A DNA stretch of 64,000 nucleotides. Source: Parasitella parasitica NRRL 2501 (taxonomy: Eukaryota; Fungi; Mucoromycota). Below, one piece after another: positions 24,773 to 38,712 of this stretch (positions are counted from its first letter, which is position 1; each line of letters begins with the position of its first letter). The notes below the pieces were generated by a model. It saw only the letters and a list, made by a program, of their open reading frames with translations, was not told the DNA's origin and searched no databases. The translations under genes and the position numbers were made by a program. Location: contig MU619309.1 in NCBI GenBank assembly GCA_025201805.1, positions 62,001 through 126,000 of the forward strand, read 5' to 3'.

Positions 24773-25302
24773 TTATCGCTCGACAGCTGATGCAGATCTA
24801 TACTGATGTCTGGTAGCACGCTCCTGGTAATTGGTTAGTCAATAGTGATCAATTTATGCTATTAAATGAGAGTAAAATACCTTTTGCCACTTGTCTACAT
24901 ATGGTTTCGCAAGTGAAAATAAGATTAAACTGATGGTGATGATCAAAAACGAGCGTACGATAATTTCGTCTTTATAAGAATCGCGCGCTATCATGTTTAT
25001 ATATATTTAAGCTTTCATGGTTTTTTATTGACAGGAGCAATATCGTACTCACCAAAGCAGGCTGTTTTGAAATCATTGCTTGGACATGTGGCGTCCGCAA
25101 TGCCATCGCATATTCCGTCTTTTACGTTGTCTAAGCAAAATTGCTTTGTGCAGTTGCTGCAGGGTTTAGGGTCGAGCAGTGGAAGCTCAAAAACCGTCGA
25201 GTTGGATCCACAAAAGCACTTGCAAAACATTTTGATGTCGCCTGCTTGTATCGAAGCCATGAACGTGCTGACTACAAATGATGATAATAAATGGGACTTC
25301 AT
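24773..25302 (-). CDS. small Cys-rich single-pass membrane protein (uncharacterised)
   Basis: Signal-peptide-like start, CKCFC..CxxCTxxFCL..C..CFARDSYKD, then a TM helix; three exons. Confidence 0.75.
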
Positions 25303-27936
25303 TATAATCTAGGAGTTGGTGTGAGCTGTTTAGTTTGGAAAGAAATGGGTGCTGCTAAACGAGTAACGTTTAAAAGAGTTTGATTTGGAAGGGCGCACAC
25401 AATCTTGAATTGCAAATGTGCAAGAGAAAATAGTACTAAAAATAACAAAAGTTCATTGAAAAGATTGACCTATGGCTATTTTCAAAAGAAAAGAAAAAGG
25501 ACATAATAATACAAATTATCTTGTTTAATTGTCTTTGGTTATGGATAGATCTTACATCAGAGAATATGCAAAAAAAAATTGTGGTGCAAAACGCGTTCTG
25601 CTTCCAATAGCCATCATTCTTTGGCTGTTATTGGGATTTTTTATCTAGAGAGACTATGCAGAACGTTTCTGTCTCTATTCATTCAAACTATTGAGCAATT
25701 GGGACATTAGACGCTGTTATTAGATGCTACAGTAAATGCCACTAATCCCATACGTTGACAAACATCTGCGATGCTGGGTGTAAGTATGTCTGTTGACTTT
25801 GGATCAAAAATCTTTAATTGGATTCAGGAACTGAGAGCAAGGTTGAAGGTAAACAAATTTATGTCCTTGGGACTTCATAAATTTCTATACAGATAATTTT
25901 TTATGAATAGGCGTGTTATCCTGGTGGCAGATTGTTTCCTTTTTCTCCGGCACTTTCTTATGCTTTCAGTTGATCTGGCGTCTTCTAGTGTAGAAGGCCT
26001 TGTCAGACAAGCACCCAAGCTGGGCTCTCTATATGTAGTTGCACAATAGAACAGCTAGTCAAACCTGTGCCATTTTTTCCATGATTTGGAATGGTTCAAA
26101 AGTGAGTGTCTTTGTAAAGCCAGCGTAGATTTTAGGCACCTGATCCCTTTTTTTTTTTTTTTTTTTTTTGGGTCTACGCGAACTTCACTGTGTTATTGTT
26201 AGAAAAAAGACAAAAAAAGTAAGAAAACAATGTTTAGCAATCTCAATCACACAAACAAGAAATGCAAAGTAATGCATTAGACAATAAGGCACCTTTTGGT
26301 TACATATTTGCGTAGCTTGGAGCAAGTTATTGTACTTTTAAGTTGACATCAGATGGAAGGTAGCGACATTTCTGACTTTTTTGGGAAAGGTATTTTTCAA
26401 AATCGGAGCGTGAGATCGTCAGGCCCGTTACAGGCATGCAATTTCTACCATTAGAAAGCCAAGAAGCACAAAATTAAAATAAATTAAATTTTAATTGTTT
26501 TTCTCTAGAATTGGGGAAGCTATAAATTCTCAAAGCTAATGCTTTCTTGAAAAAAAAAAAAAAAACACCAAATTTCTTTGGTAGCGGAGATTTAACGTAT
26601 CCAAAAACAGGAAAGAAAAGTTCTTTCAAAAACTCTATTTGGACAATTCGAGAACAAAATTACTCCTTTGAGGTAAGATATCATCCTCTGATACTATGCA
26701 TACCACGGTTGTCAGTCTATGATAACAGCTGTATTTTTGGGCGCTCTACAAGCTGGCATAATTTTGTATTTCCCGTATGCTTATGGAAGGAATTCTGTCG
26801 CGAAAACCTCAAAAACAAATTCAGAGGGATAAGTCAATATTTTGCTTAGTCAGAGCGCATTTTTAGTCTTTCAGATCAAGGAATGGCCTTGTACGATCAT
26901 TTTCCTCCAATATATACCATAGTAAAAAGTTGCATTTTTGGGGTCAAAATCGAGGATAATGCACTTTCAATAATTTTGGATGTGTAGACACAAGGAAAAA
27001 ATCGAAAAAATTTGTCATTTTTGCATCGAAAAAAAAATCATGCTCAAATTGCACCAAAATCATATATAATATAGTTTTTTCCCAATGGATACTATTTCTG
27101 GTGTTTTCAGGGCACTTTTAACTAAAGAAATCGGTCAAAAAATGGCACACAAAGCTAAAGTTCTTGCTTTTAGGCTGTAAAAAGACTTATCTGGAGATGG
27201 TGTCACGTCAATATCAATTCTAGTACATAACACAGCTCTACAAAGTAAGTATTCTTGATACCACAAGTATACCTTTCTTCATGTTAATATAAAAAAAGAG
27301 GCGTGGCCCATCGAGTTGGGAGTATAAAAGGATAATTAATGAATACTTTGCTGCAACAACCCCTTGTTCTTTGTGGAAAATTAATAAGTTGCTAATTGCT
27401 AGTCTCAGAGAAGCTCTATTACCGTTGTTGCTTATAATAATGCTTAATGCCAGTTCAAGAGCTCCTTCTTTTTGTGATTTTAATGCTAAACATGTGAAAT
27501 AGAAAGCAAAATAGAGGTTTGAATTGAGGTTGAGGGTAATTTTACTAACACAAACGTTAAGCCTCATAATAAGCGTCTGGTAGAAATGTGATTGTATTTA
27601 CTACTTCTTGTCCCTGCTTGAAATATTCAAGAGAGACATCTCTCTTCCCTCAGAAACTTTTCAGCTTTTATCAGTAATAAAAGTTTGTTCTCAAAAACCC
27701 TAACATATATTATCACGCACACTGTGATATTTATCATTTAAGTGAACCTTTTTTTTTTTCTTCCAAAAATCATAAAAAGACTGTATTTGAACAAAACAAT
27801 AATTGTATTTTTATACATTTGATGGTGAATAAAGTTAGGTGATTAATATATTAGGTGTAAAAACAAGAATAGAGAAGATGATAATACTAGTGCTATGTAC
27901 GTCTACGTATATCTAGTTGCCTGTGTATACCTATCC

Positions 27937-29089
27937 TTAGGCCCACACTTTCAATAGATTGTCCCAGCTACCTGTGCATAAAGCCATACCATCTGTTGAT
28001 ACACCCAAACATGATACTCGATTCTCATGGGCGCTCAGAACACCGGCTCTTTCTCCTCTTAGGGTGTCCCAAACATGGCATTGGTAGTCATCGTAGCCGC
28101 CAAATAAGAGCCTACCAGAGATCGAAAATGCCACCGAGGTGATCCCACTAAACACCTGTTCATGCGTGAATATGTTAAGCTCTCGGTCGGCTCGAAGATC
28201 AAACAATCGGCAACTAGCGTCATCAGACCCTGTGCCGATAGCGTTACCGCTAGGAAAGAACTGGACAGCATTGATATCTGATTCATGACCGCTGAAGGAT
28301 TGTACGCATTTTTTGCTTCTGATGTCCCAAATCTTGGCCGTTGCATCACAGGCGCCCGAAACAAAAATGCTGGGATTTGACGAGATTGATAAGCTATAGC
28401 ATATACATTAGATATGTTGGCGAAGGGTTAAAGCTCTGTAATCACCTCATGACATCACCAGTATGTTCAGTGAATTCATCAATCTTTACACCAGCATCAA
28501 CGTCCCAGAGCACACATGTGGTATCACCACTTGACGTTAAAATTTTAGAATCGCTTAAAAACCGACAGCAGCTCAAATAGCCTGTGTGACCCGACAGCTC
28601 TCTTGCAGGCTTTGTCGGTTCTCCAGCTTTCAAATTGAATACTGAGCACATGTTGTCCAATCCACCCGAAGCAACAAAATCCCCACTTGGAGCATAGGCA
28701 CAAGTCATGACCCATGAAGATTTCAATGGTATAGCGTATTTTTTGTTTGTCGAATAAGCGTCCCAGACTAGCAGCTTTCCATCCTGCGACGCTGAGACTA
28801 AATGTCGTTTATCGGCTGCCCAGTGCATGGCATAAATCTTTGCTAAATGCCCTTTTAATGTACGACGCACCTTCATTGATAGCCGTGGTAATTTTTCGAC
28901 TTTTTGTGCAACTTGATGAACTGTGTTTTTGAGTGTCAACACAAATATACACCCAATGTCTGCCTTGCATTACTTACGTGTGGTGTCTGCTAGATTTTCT
29001 TTCTTTTGCTTGATCTTGTCTTTCAATTGCTCTGCCTCTCGCCTTGCTGCTGCTGTTCTTTCAGCTATGTCTGCTGTGCTTGAGCTCAT
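27937..29089 (-). CDS. GPB1: heterotrimeric G-protein beta subunit
   Basis: Exons 29089-28978, 28920-28446, 28393-27937; [36 protein letters not shown]. Confidence 0.98.
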
Positions 29090-30750
29090 TCTATGTGCTC
29101 TGACTGAATGCCAAAAAAAAAAAAAAGGAAAATGTAATTGATACAAAAGAAAGAAGAACGGAAAAAAAAATAATCTAGATATTTTCATATATACAGAGGG
29201 AGACAATGTTATTGGTCAACAGATCACCTCAAATGGCTCAAAAGTCTCCCATTACGAGATGGTAATGACGATGAATATGATGTGCGTCTATCAGGTAGAA
29301 CTGACGTTTTCAGTATTTGTTCATAGGACAAGGAATAGTTGCTTTTTGAAATCGAATCGGTGGTAATAGTGCCATCAAATGCTACATTTATCAGATCAAG
29401 AAATCTTTTGTAGATCAGAAAATTAATCATCATGCCCCAATTCTTGTAGCCTGATACTTGAGCCTTGACATTGCAACACTGTCTGAACCTTATTTATGTA
29501 AGGAAAGGCTAAAGGACATTTAGAGTCATTGGATGTGGACTATGTTTGCTTATACCCTTTATTTCTTCCTTATCTCACAAATATGAGTGTATACTATTAG
29601 CACTGTTTAAGAATTGAATGTATAAATTAATATGTAGCATAAAGACCTACAAAAAAAAAAGAGTGGTATGTTTGAATTTATAAATTTACTTTACTGGGAT
29701 TGCGCTAACGCCAACAATATAAATCAAAGCTTTATGAATCAAAAATGAGTCTTGAGTTGGTTGTCAATCGCAAGAAGCTAACTTTGGTAGGTACCGCGCG
29801 GGTACCAAGACATATATGAGTAAGTAGCACATTTTATATTAGTAAATGACGAAGAGTTTTTTCTTTCTTTCTTGGATGTTGCAAATCGTAAAGTTAATAA
29901 TTTATTACCACAGTAAAACGAAGGTGCTAACTCCACATGATCGAGGCTACAAGCCAAGGCATTGTCACTATAGTTTTTATCGTGTTATATAATCAAGCAA
30001 AAAGGCACATGGCCCTAGTACGATAACAACACTTAATAGAAACATTATATAGCCAATACTCACGGAAAGCTAATAGGTATTTTGTCGCAGCATAGCCAAT
30101 ACAATATTAGCACCATTGAGGTTTGTAACAAAACTGAAAAGCCTATCTAGTTGAGTCCTTTACTTTGGCATATTGACGGTATAAAAAGGAAATCAGATAA
30201 TTAGGTATGATATAAACAAATTTCAGGGCAGCAAATGAAAAGTTGGTGAATAAATTGCTCATTTGATTAAACTAAAAAGTCTGGAAGCTCTGAATTCATT
30301 AATAGCTTGGTAAAGGAAATTATTTCAAATACAAGAATAGCTGCTTCACAAGGTAAGCTGAACCAAAGATCGATTTATACCATGTCAAAGCGATTTGCAA
30401 AAATCACCGTAATGGACGAGGTCCATTCATACATACACATATCTATCGCGGGAAATAAATAAGAGTTATCTAAAAAAAGTATGCTGGGAAACTCGCCTGG
30501 GAAACCAGCTTGGAGGTCTCCCATTTAAAATAATTGAAATTCAGANNNNNNNNNNGTTTCCTCTTGAATAAGTTCAATTAATTGCCTGCGGGATATGAAA
30601 TCAGAGGTTTCCTTTTGGTCTCCTCAGGTTTCCCGACCCACATATAAATCAAGCTATCCGGATATTAAGCAGGGCAGAAATTTCAATTATTCTTGTACCT
30701 CCTTCTTTTTTCTTTGTCTCTCTCAGTTTACAACATTATAAACCAACAAA

Positions 30751-33417
30751 ATGACAATAGCAATGGACCCAACGAGCAACGAGACGGTTATCCAAAAAGA
30801 ACCTCTACCTGAAAAACAAAAAAGCATAGACTTTTACCCTGGTGATTCAACTGATGAATATAAAGTGTACAAGACCGATTCTGCCGTCCTGGGCTCAAGA
30901 AATCTCAATCAAACGTCTATCATCAAATCAAGCAGTAAATATACATTCTATTGACAATATTTATTGAGAAATTCAATAACACTATTATAGACTCGATTGA
31001 TTTAGTAGCTACGGCACCTGTTAATGAGAACGATGAAGATTCTTCGTCAGTGTCATCATCGTCGTTTGACTCGACATCTTATTTTGAGAAACCGTTGCGC
31101 ACATTTTCTGAAGATACCATCCTAACGCCTTCAATTAGACCACCAAATAAGAAGGACGCAATTCACGAAGAAGAAGATGAGGAGGAAGATGCAACAATTA
31201 TCGCCTCTCCTATTAGGGATCTTCCTCCTTCTCAATCAGAATCTCGCCAATCAACTTCTACAATATCCTCGCTATCTGACTTGAAGGAAATTTCATTAAG
31301 CGAACAGCAACCATCAATGCCTGCACAAGAGAAAGAGGAAGAATATAATCCGCTTAAAATCATCACATCTGCTCTTGTAAGCGGCGAGAAACCACAAATT
31401 GCAGCTGTCCCTGTGCCAACTCGATTCCAACAAAAATCAGTTCCATTTTTGCCATCCAAAGATACCACCCACGAGTCCACTGTAACGCTCCTCAACCAGT
31501 CCTCAAGTTGTCCACTACCTACTCCAAGAGACAGCATCGATAATGAATCCATTAAGAGCGCTTCGACCGCTCGTTCTATATTTAATCTCTGGTCGCCATT
31601 CCGCTCATCCTCCTCTTTGAACACATCTCCTGCATCTTCGAGAAGACCATCCAAACAGAATACAGTCCCTTCCATTAATACCACCTCTTCTGCTTCACGA
31701 CCATCTGCATCATTTACCGCTAGACAGACCAAGCTATCGAGGCCTACTAGTGTTATTTCACCTTTGCCCGGATTTCAAGAAACTCTGTTGGCACAAATGG
31801 AGCAATTAAACGTATCGAATACCAATGATCCCAAATCCAAAATGATCAAGAATCTCAAAAGACAGTCGCTTCGCCATAGTCTTGTGTCTCAAAACAAGGG
31901 TGATGATTATGATTGGGGTAAGAGCCGATGGGTCATATCGTTTGAAATCAAGTAGTTGCCTGCCTCTAACGCTTTGTCCTGCTCATCTAGACTTTTGGGC
32001 TGGAATTATGTGCGACTTTCAGAGCATCAGCAAGATCGATAAAGACCTAATTAACCAAATTCGATTCGGCATCCCCCCTTCTATTCGAGGCATGGTTTGG
32101 CAATTATTAGCTAAATCAAAGGATGAAGATTTGGTCGCAAAGTACATGGACTTACTCAAGCTGCCAAGTCCGTATGACAAAATGATTCAGCGTGATCTAG
32201 CTCGCACATTTCCAGGACACACTTACTTTAAAGAAACCGATGGGCAAGGCCAAGAAGGCCTTTATAACGTGGTTAGAGCCTACAGTCTATATGACACAGA
32301 AGTTGGCTATTGCCAAGGATTAGCATTTATTGTGGGTCCTATGCTATTAAATGTAGGTTATTACAGTGTCACGTTACTGGGGAAATAATTATGCTGATCA
32401 GACTATAGATGCCAGACGAAGACGCTTTCTGTGTGCTCATCCATCTGATGAACCAATATGGCCTTAGAGGCCATTTCACACCAGATATGGATGGACTCCA
32501 AATGCGCTTATACCAGTTTGATGCGCTAGTGCAGGAACATTTGCCTCATGTAGCCCGTCATTTAAAGCAACAGGGCATCAATTCAACCATGTATGCCTCA
32601 CAGTGGTTTATGACGCTGTTCGCTTATAAATTCCCCCTGAATCTTGTATATCGCATATACGATGTTATCTTTGCTGAAGGCATCAATTCTATCTTCAAAT
32701 TTGCAATCGCCTTACTAAAGAGGAACCAGACAACTATCCTGGGGCTTGATTTTGAACATGTACTAGACTTTTTGAAGAACGGTTTATTTGAAGAATATAA
32801 GGTATAGCTGTTGATTTTTTTTTGGGGGGGGGGGAGGAGGGGAGGAGGAGGTTTGCTAGCTCATATTAACCGAGATAGCTTAGGACGATGACCGTCGATT
32901 TGTTGCCGATGCTTGTCAACTGGAGTTTCCATCAAAAAGACTGCAGCAGTTAGAAAAAGAACATAAGACCTTGATACAAAAAGAACTGGCCGATGCCAAC
33001 ATTATCGATGAGCTTCAAAAATCAAATATTGAAATGCAAAGACAATTGAAAGCACTTGAAACAAAGACAGAAACATTGAAACAGGAGCACAACGACGTTA
33101 ATAGCGAGTTTCAGAACACTTTACAGCAACTAAATACGCTTAAAGATGAAGGCTCGTCACTATCGATGTTGGTTAATTCATTAAAGAAGGCCGTTGATGA
33201 ATTGCCAGAGAAGGTTGAATCCAAAACCAAAGTTCAATTTGAGAGTTTGTGCAGTGAAAATGCGTCGCTAATTGGACGCAATTCAACGCTAGAAGACCGG
33301 CTACAGAAAGCAGAATCCGTTCTGATTGATATAAAAATCCGATATGCTCAAAGTGAAAACGACAAGGAGTCATTGCACCAAAGATTATATGAATTAAAAA
33401 AACTCATGAGCTTTTAA
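30751..33417 (+). CDS. Rab-GAP TBC domain protein (Gyp5/EVI5-like)
   Basis: IQRDLARTFP and GYCQG TBC fingers, YASQWFMTLF, C-terminal coiled coil; five exons. Confidence 0.93.
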
Positions 33418-33436
33418 TACGAATAAAATTACAAAA

Positions 33437-34830
33437 TTAAATTTCGTCAGTTGTTCTAACGAGGTTATCACGATGGATAACGCAATCAGCGTCTATGTAA
33501 CCCAAAATGTTGGGAATCTCTGTGCTACGGCAACGTTTGATACGGTTGATTTCGATACTGGTATAGTTGACAAGTCCCTTTCCAATGACAGTATCTTGAA
33601 ATGTGCCATCTGGAAGCTTTCTACGCAGTGCGATAGCAACTGCTTGTTGTGCCACAAATTGGCCATCTACTTGAACAATACCTGCTGCAAACAAACTACT
33701 CTTTAAACGAGGGGTCAACATGGCCTTTGCGGCGCCTTCGTCTACGTAAATCGTGCCTGCTGTATGCAGACCGTACTGGATCCACCATTTGCGGTCTAAT
33801 AACGGATTGTCCTTGGCAATAAATCTAGTGTGCAGAGGGTGTTCTGCAGTGAATTCAAGGGTGCTACTACTCTGCTTATCGGCCTCGATAATTTTAGCAA
33901 TATTGAAAGCTTTCGATCCATTGGTGATGATGGTGGTTACACCAGCTGCAATAGCCAGATCAGCCGCAATTAATTTTGTTGCCATGCCACCTGTTCCAAG
34001 CGACGAGCCCATTGAGGCAACCGAGACTGAGCGAAATTAAGGGGTAAGCAGACAACAAACAAAGCAAGTGTAATAGACATTTACCTTGCTCTCTCAGGTT
34101 GACTATATCATCGCAAACAGTAACAGGCTTTGCATCAGGGTTCGTACGGGGATTGTCGGTGTAGAGACAGTCAACGTCAGTCAACAAAAACAGGTAATCT
34201 GCCTTGATCATACCGGCCATCACTGCAGCCAAAGTGTCGTTATCGCCAAAACGAACACCCTGTGTGGAAATAGTATCGTTTTCATTGACTATAGGCACAA
34301 CGCCCATATCTAGCAGCTCTTCTAGGCAATTGACTGCATTGAGATATTGAGAGCGATCAGCAAGATCGTTTTTTGTTAGCAAGAGTTGAGCAACAGGCTG
34401 GTGAAATTGGCCAAACAGATCATCATACAATGCCATTAAGCGACCCTGACCTACTGCAGCTACAGCCTTGACTGGACGTTAATATCTGCAAAAGTAAGGA
34501 AGATGCCGAAATGGAAACATCTACCTGTTTGGCTGCCAATTTAGAGGGCTTTTCTGCCATGTTCAATCTTCGCAGGCCTATTTCCCGGGTTAGACCATGA
34601 TTCACAAATTCAGAAGAGACATTACCTGTTCCAATGGCAGCGCTTGTTACTAAGATAACACGATGGCCGCTGCTTCTCAAGTTCAGGACGCTTTCAACCA
34701 AGGCCGACAAATTGGACAATAATGGAAAATGTGTTGCCTCATTGCAAATTGACGAGGTTCCGATCTTTAGCACAATCGTAAGAGAGGATTTGTCGGCACG
34801 ATGGTTGTTTTGCTGGTTTTTATGAAGCAT
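33437..34830 (-). CDS. PRO1: glutamate 5-kinase with PUA domain
   Basis: [46 protein letters not shown]; four exons. Confidence 0.96.
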
Positions 34831-35716
34831 GTTGTTTGTAAGAATAGAAGAAGGAATCTCAAGAATCGAAATGACTCACAGTTGCTTTATATACATCCAG
34901 GAAAAAAATTTAAATAATCTGCTTGATGGGACTCCGCATCTCGCATGCTCAAAATGATCTTCCGTTGCGTGAGACATTTCAGACATGTAGACGATAACAG
35001 GCTTTCAAAGAAAAGAACAGACGTGAGTATTGTAACTGGAACATCTAGGCGGTTTATAGGCAGCCAACTAAAGTTAGATCATGCTAAAAGCATCGCTAAT
35101 TTTTCAAGGCAAATAGTTTAGACATTGATTACCGCAGCAACTTGTATTACATGTCAACACAACATGCGTGGGTATTCCTGGTTACGGAGATAATCTATTG
35201 ATTCATTCTTGATGGCAAAGTCTCTCAAGGGGTATTCAACATTACATACAGATGTGGCAACAGCAAATGTCAAAATTATATTCAATATCCGATCTCTATT
35301 CAAATGCTTATTAGGAGATTGATGGCTTCATAGCACGCATTGTGGTGTCTATTGGTAGCCCCCCAGACCAATTCTATTTTGCTTACTGAATAGATTATTT
35401 GTGAAGGTATAGCCGCTAAAAAATTAAACTATATAACTCAATGCAAATTTTGTTAAAATTATTCAATCCAGTAAAACCTTGAAATGGGAGCGGCAGGAGC
35501 GTCTCCTGAGCTATCCAAACGCTCGCTACTACAACTACTATTACCGGTACAACTAGCTGATATTTGAACGCCAGTCTTTCATGTAACCGGGTGACGTATG
35601 TGAAGGAAGATAGATTTGACGCGCAATACTCTTAAGAAAAAAGGCATAGAATACTGTAATTGCAATTTTCTTCTTTCCTTAGACACAAATATCCACCAAA
35701 AAAAAAAGATAAATAA

Positions 35717-37004
35717 ATGAAGAAAGAAGGTATCAAATCTTACTACCAGGCTAAAATTGAAGAATGCGAATTAGTCATGAATGAAAAGTCTCAAGATTTG
35801 AGACGTTTGGAGGCACAAAGGAATGCTTTAAACGCCAAAGGTATACTTTGCAGAACGAAATTCTTGATTTAAGACTACTCACCGCTTTCAAAAGTTCGTC
35901 TCTTGAAAGAAGAGCTTCAATTATTACAAGAGCCTGGATCTTATGTTGGCGAAGTTGTCAAGGTGATGGGCAAGAAGAAGGTCTTGGTTAAGGTATGTTG
36001 TTTTCTGCGATAGCGACCCACATGGATTCAAACAAAGGAACATGTAGGTTCATCCTGAAGGAAAGTTTGTCGTTGATCTCGGTGCAGACATTGATGTTGC
36101 GCAATTAACACCAACAACCCGCGTGGCCCTCCGCAACGACTCTTATCAACTTCACAAAGTATTACCCAACAAAATCGACCCTCTTGTATCTCTCATGATG
36201 GTCGAGAAAGTGCCTGATTCTACATATGAAATGGTAGGTGGTCTTGACCAGCAAATCAAGGAAATAAAGGAAGTGATTGAACTACCTGTCAAACACCCTG
36301 AACTCTTTGAAGCACTTGGCATTGCGCAACCCAAAGGTGTTTTGCTGTACGGTCCACCTGGTACCGGTAAGACGCTTTTGGCCAGAGCTGTCGCCCATCA
36401 CACAGATTGTCGCTTTATTCGTGTGTCTGGTTCAGAATTAGTGCAGAAATATATCGGTGAAGGTAGTCGAATGGTTCGCGAACTTTTTGTAATGGCCAGA
36501 GAGCATGCTCCTTCGATTATTTTCATGGATGAAATTGATTCCATTGGCTCGGCTCGTATGGAGAGTGGCGGCGGTGGTGATTCTGAAGTACAAAGAACCA
36601 TGCTCGAGTTGCTGAATCAATTGGATGGCTTTGAAGCGACAAAAAACATCAAGGTCATTATGGCAACCAATCGTATAGATATTTTAGATCCTGCATTACT
36701 ACGTCCTGGACGTATTGATCGTAAGATTGAATTCCCTCCTCCAAGCGAGGAGGCTCGTGCTGACATTTTGAAGATTCACTCTCGCAAGATGAACTTGACT
36801 CGTGGCATTAATCTTCGTAAAATTGCAGAAAAGATGAGCGGAAGTAGTGGTGCGGAGGTCAAGGCTGTCTGTACAGAAGCCGGTATGTTTGCTCTGCGTG
36901 AGCGCCGTGTTCACGTTACTCAGGAAGACTTTGAGATGTCTGTTGCAAAAGTCATGAAGAAGGATTCCGATGCAAATACCAGTTTGAAGAAACTTTGGAA
37001 GTAG
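35717..37004 (+). CDS. RPT6: 26S proteasome AAA ATPase Rpt6
   Basis: Exons 35717-35840, 35895-35992, 36048-37004; [39 protein letters not shown]. Confidence 0.98.
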
Positions 37005-37045
37005 ACTCGCTAATAAAATACATATATACATATATATACAACTGT

Positions 37046-37809
37046 TTATTTCTGTTCCTTTTTCAGCTTTTTCTCTAACTCTGCCAGCTCTGCCTCTAAT
37101 GTTTGCAATTTGGTATCTAATAATTCATTGTATTCATCTTCTGAAAGCTGATGGATGGGGAACCACGAGGGCAGATTAATATACTTTAGCAGACTAAATC
37201 CCGTCTTTTTCTGCTCCTCTTGCATGTTGTTCTGCCTCATTGTAAATTGGAATTTAGAATCATCCAATTTGCCGCTCTCCAAGATGGATTCCTGACGCCA
37301 ATTGTTTCCTGCAGTGAAAACTGCCTGAATGCCTGTGCAGAGGGTACCAAACATTACAGCTCCTGAAATCATGCTCTTTGGCCCTTTGTATGCTGCTGAT
37401 AACAGGCCTCCAGTAGTGACTCCTGCCATGGCACTACTGAATAATGCATCAAAGTCTCTGGTTTGTGAGTCTTTTAATCCAAATTGTGCGTTTTTCTGTC
37501 GCTGGTAAGTGATGAATGTTTCTCTGACCACTGTCGCAAAGAGATGTCAGTCCAATATGTTTCATAATTGTATAAGAATAAACCTACAGAAAAATGTAGC
37601 TCCAAAGACTCCACAATTTAAGCCTGTCGATACAGTCCATTGCTTTACGGGTGCATTCTTGAGAACAGCGATCGTAGCGCCTGTGGATGCACCTGCCAAT
37701 GCTATATTCAACGAATGTCAACAAAAAGTAATTGCATCCCATAAAACGACATACCAACTAGTCCTGATCCAACAAGGACGGTCTTTGCCGTGTCACTCTT
37801 TCTACTCAT
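37046..37809 (-). CDS. Tim17/Tim22/Tim23/Pmp24 family membrane protein
   Basis: Three exons from MSRKSDTAK; four Gly-rich (GxxxG) hydrophobic segments. Confidence 0.7.
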
Positions 37810-38712
37810 ATACTTTTTGTTATACCAGGGGTAAATAGTATGTGTAAAGCACATTAGAAATCATGTCAAAAACTGCTCTTTATTACCGAGTAATTCGAGT
37901 CACAGGGGAGTACAATTGCAATCCTGGATTAGCATTCGACATCGATTGTTGATCATAGTATGATTTTAATACAACGGTATACATGAAACAGTAGTCAAAC
38001 GATGCAGAATAATCGCATCGAAATGGCATTAAAATGTGTCAAACAGCGTATCTGTTAAACAAGTACGTTTGTAGCTTTTGAGGTTTTTTCACAAGCTCAA
38101 GTATTTTTTTTTTTTCAACAGAATCCTGATTATACTTGACAAATACCTGATTTTATATTTTTCTCGGTCTTTCTGTTAATGCTTCATGTTGCAAATGTTG
38201 GTATAATGAGGGCAAAAATAAACCGGCACTGTGATATCGAACGCTGCCGGGATGCTTGACGGCATCTGCTTTTGGACTAAACGGATACTTACATTTGCAC
38301 ACTGTATAGTGTGCGCCAGTGTGCGCTACGGTGAGTAACAGTAAACCGATGAAGGACTATGCGTAAACAACGCAACTCGTGAGACATGGCTGTCAGTTAA
38401 AAAAAAAAAGGGCACATTCTTCAATATGCATGCATAAAACACCACCGTTACTTTTTGCAAGCAGCATCATGGCATCTTGCCCATGTAGCAAGTAAAGAAA
38501 ATGCTAACTTACCGTACGGCATGCTTCCCTCTTGGACCTGATTTCAACAGGGATTTTGAACCTTTGCTTGAGGAAACTTAGTCACCTGCAATGCTTCACT
38601 TTTTTACCTTCTTCACAAGCCTCAAATTTTTTTTTGACAAATTTAAAGAACCCATTTTGATTGATATTTCTTTTTTTTTTTGTATTTTTCAAATAGACAA
38701 CATCATAAAATC

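Noticed and set aside
25680-26110. Possible degraded gene (splice-like signals, LRR-like peptide)
   Set aside because: Multiple stops and no recognisable family; too weak to call
38285-38296. ATACTTAC, like the U1 snRNA 5' end
   Set aside because: Not followed by CTG or U1 stem-loops/Sm site; it is the complement of a splice donor
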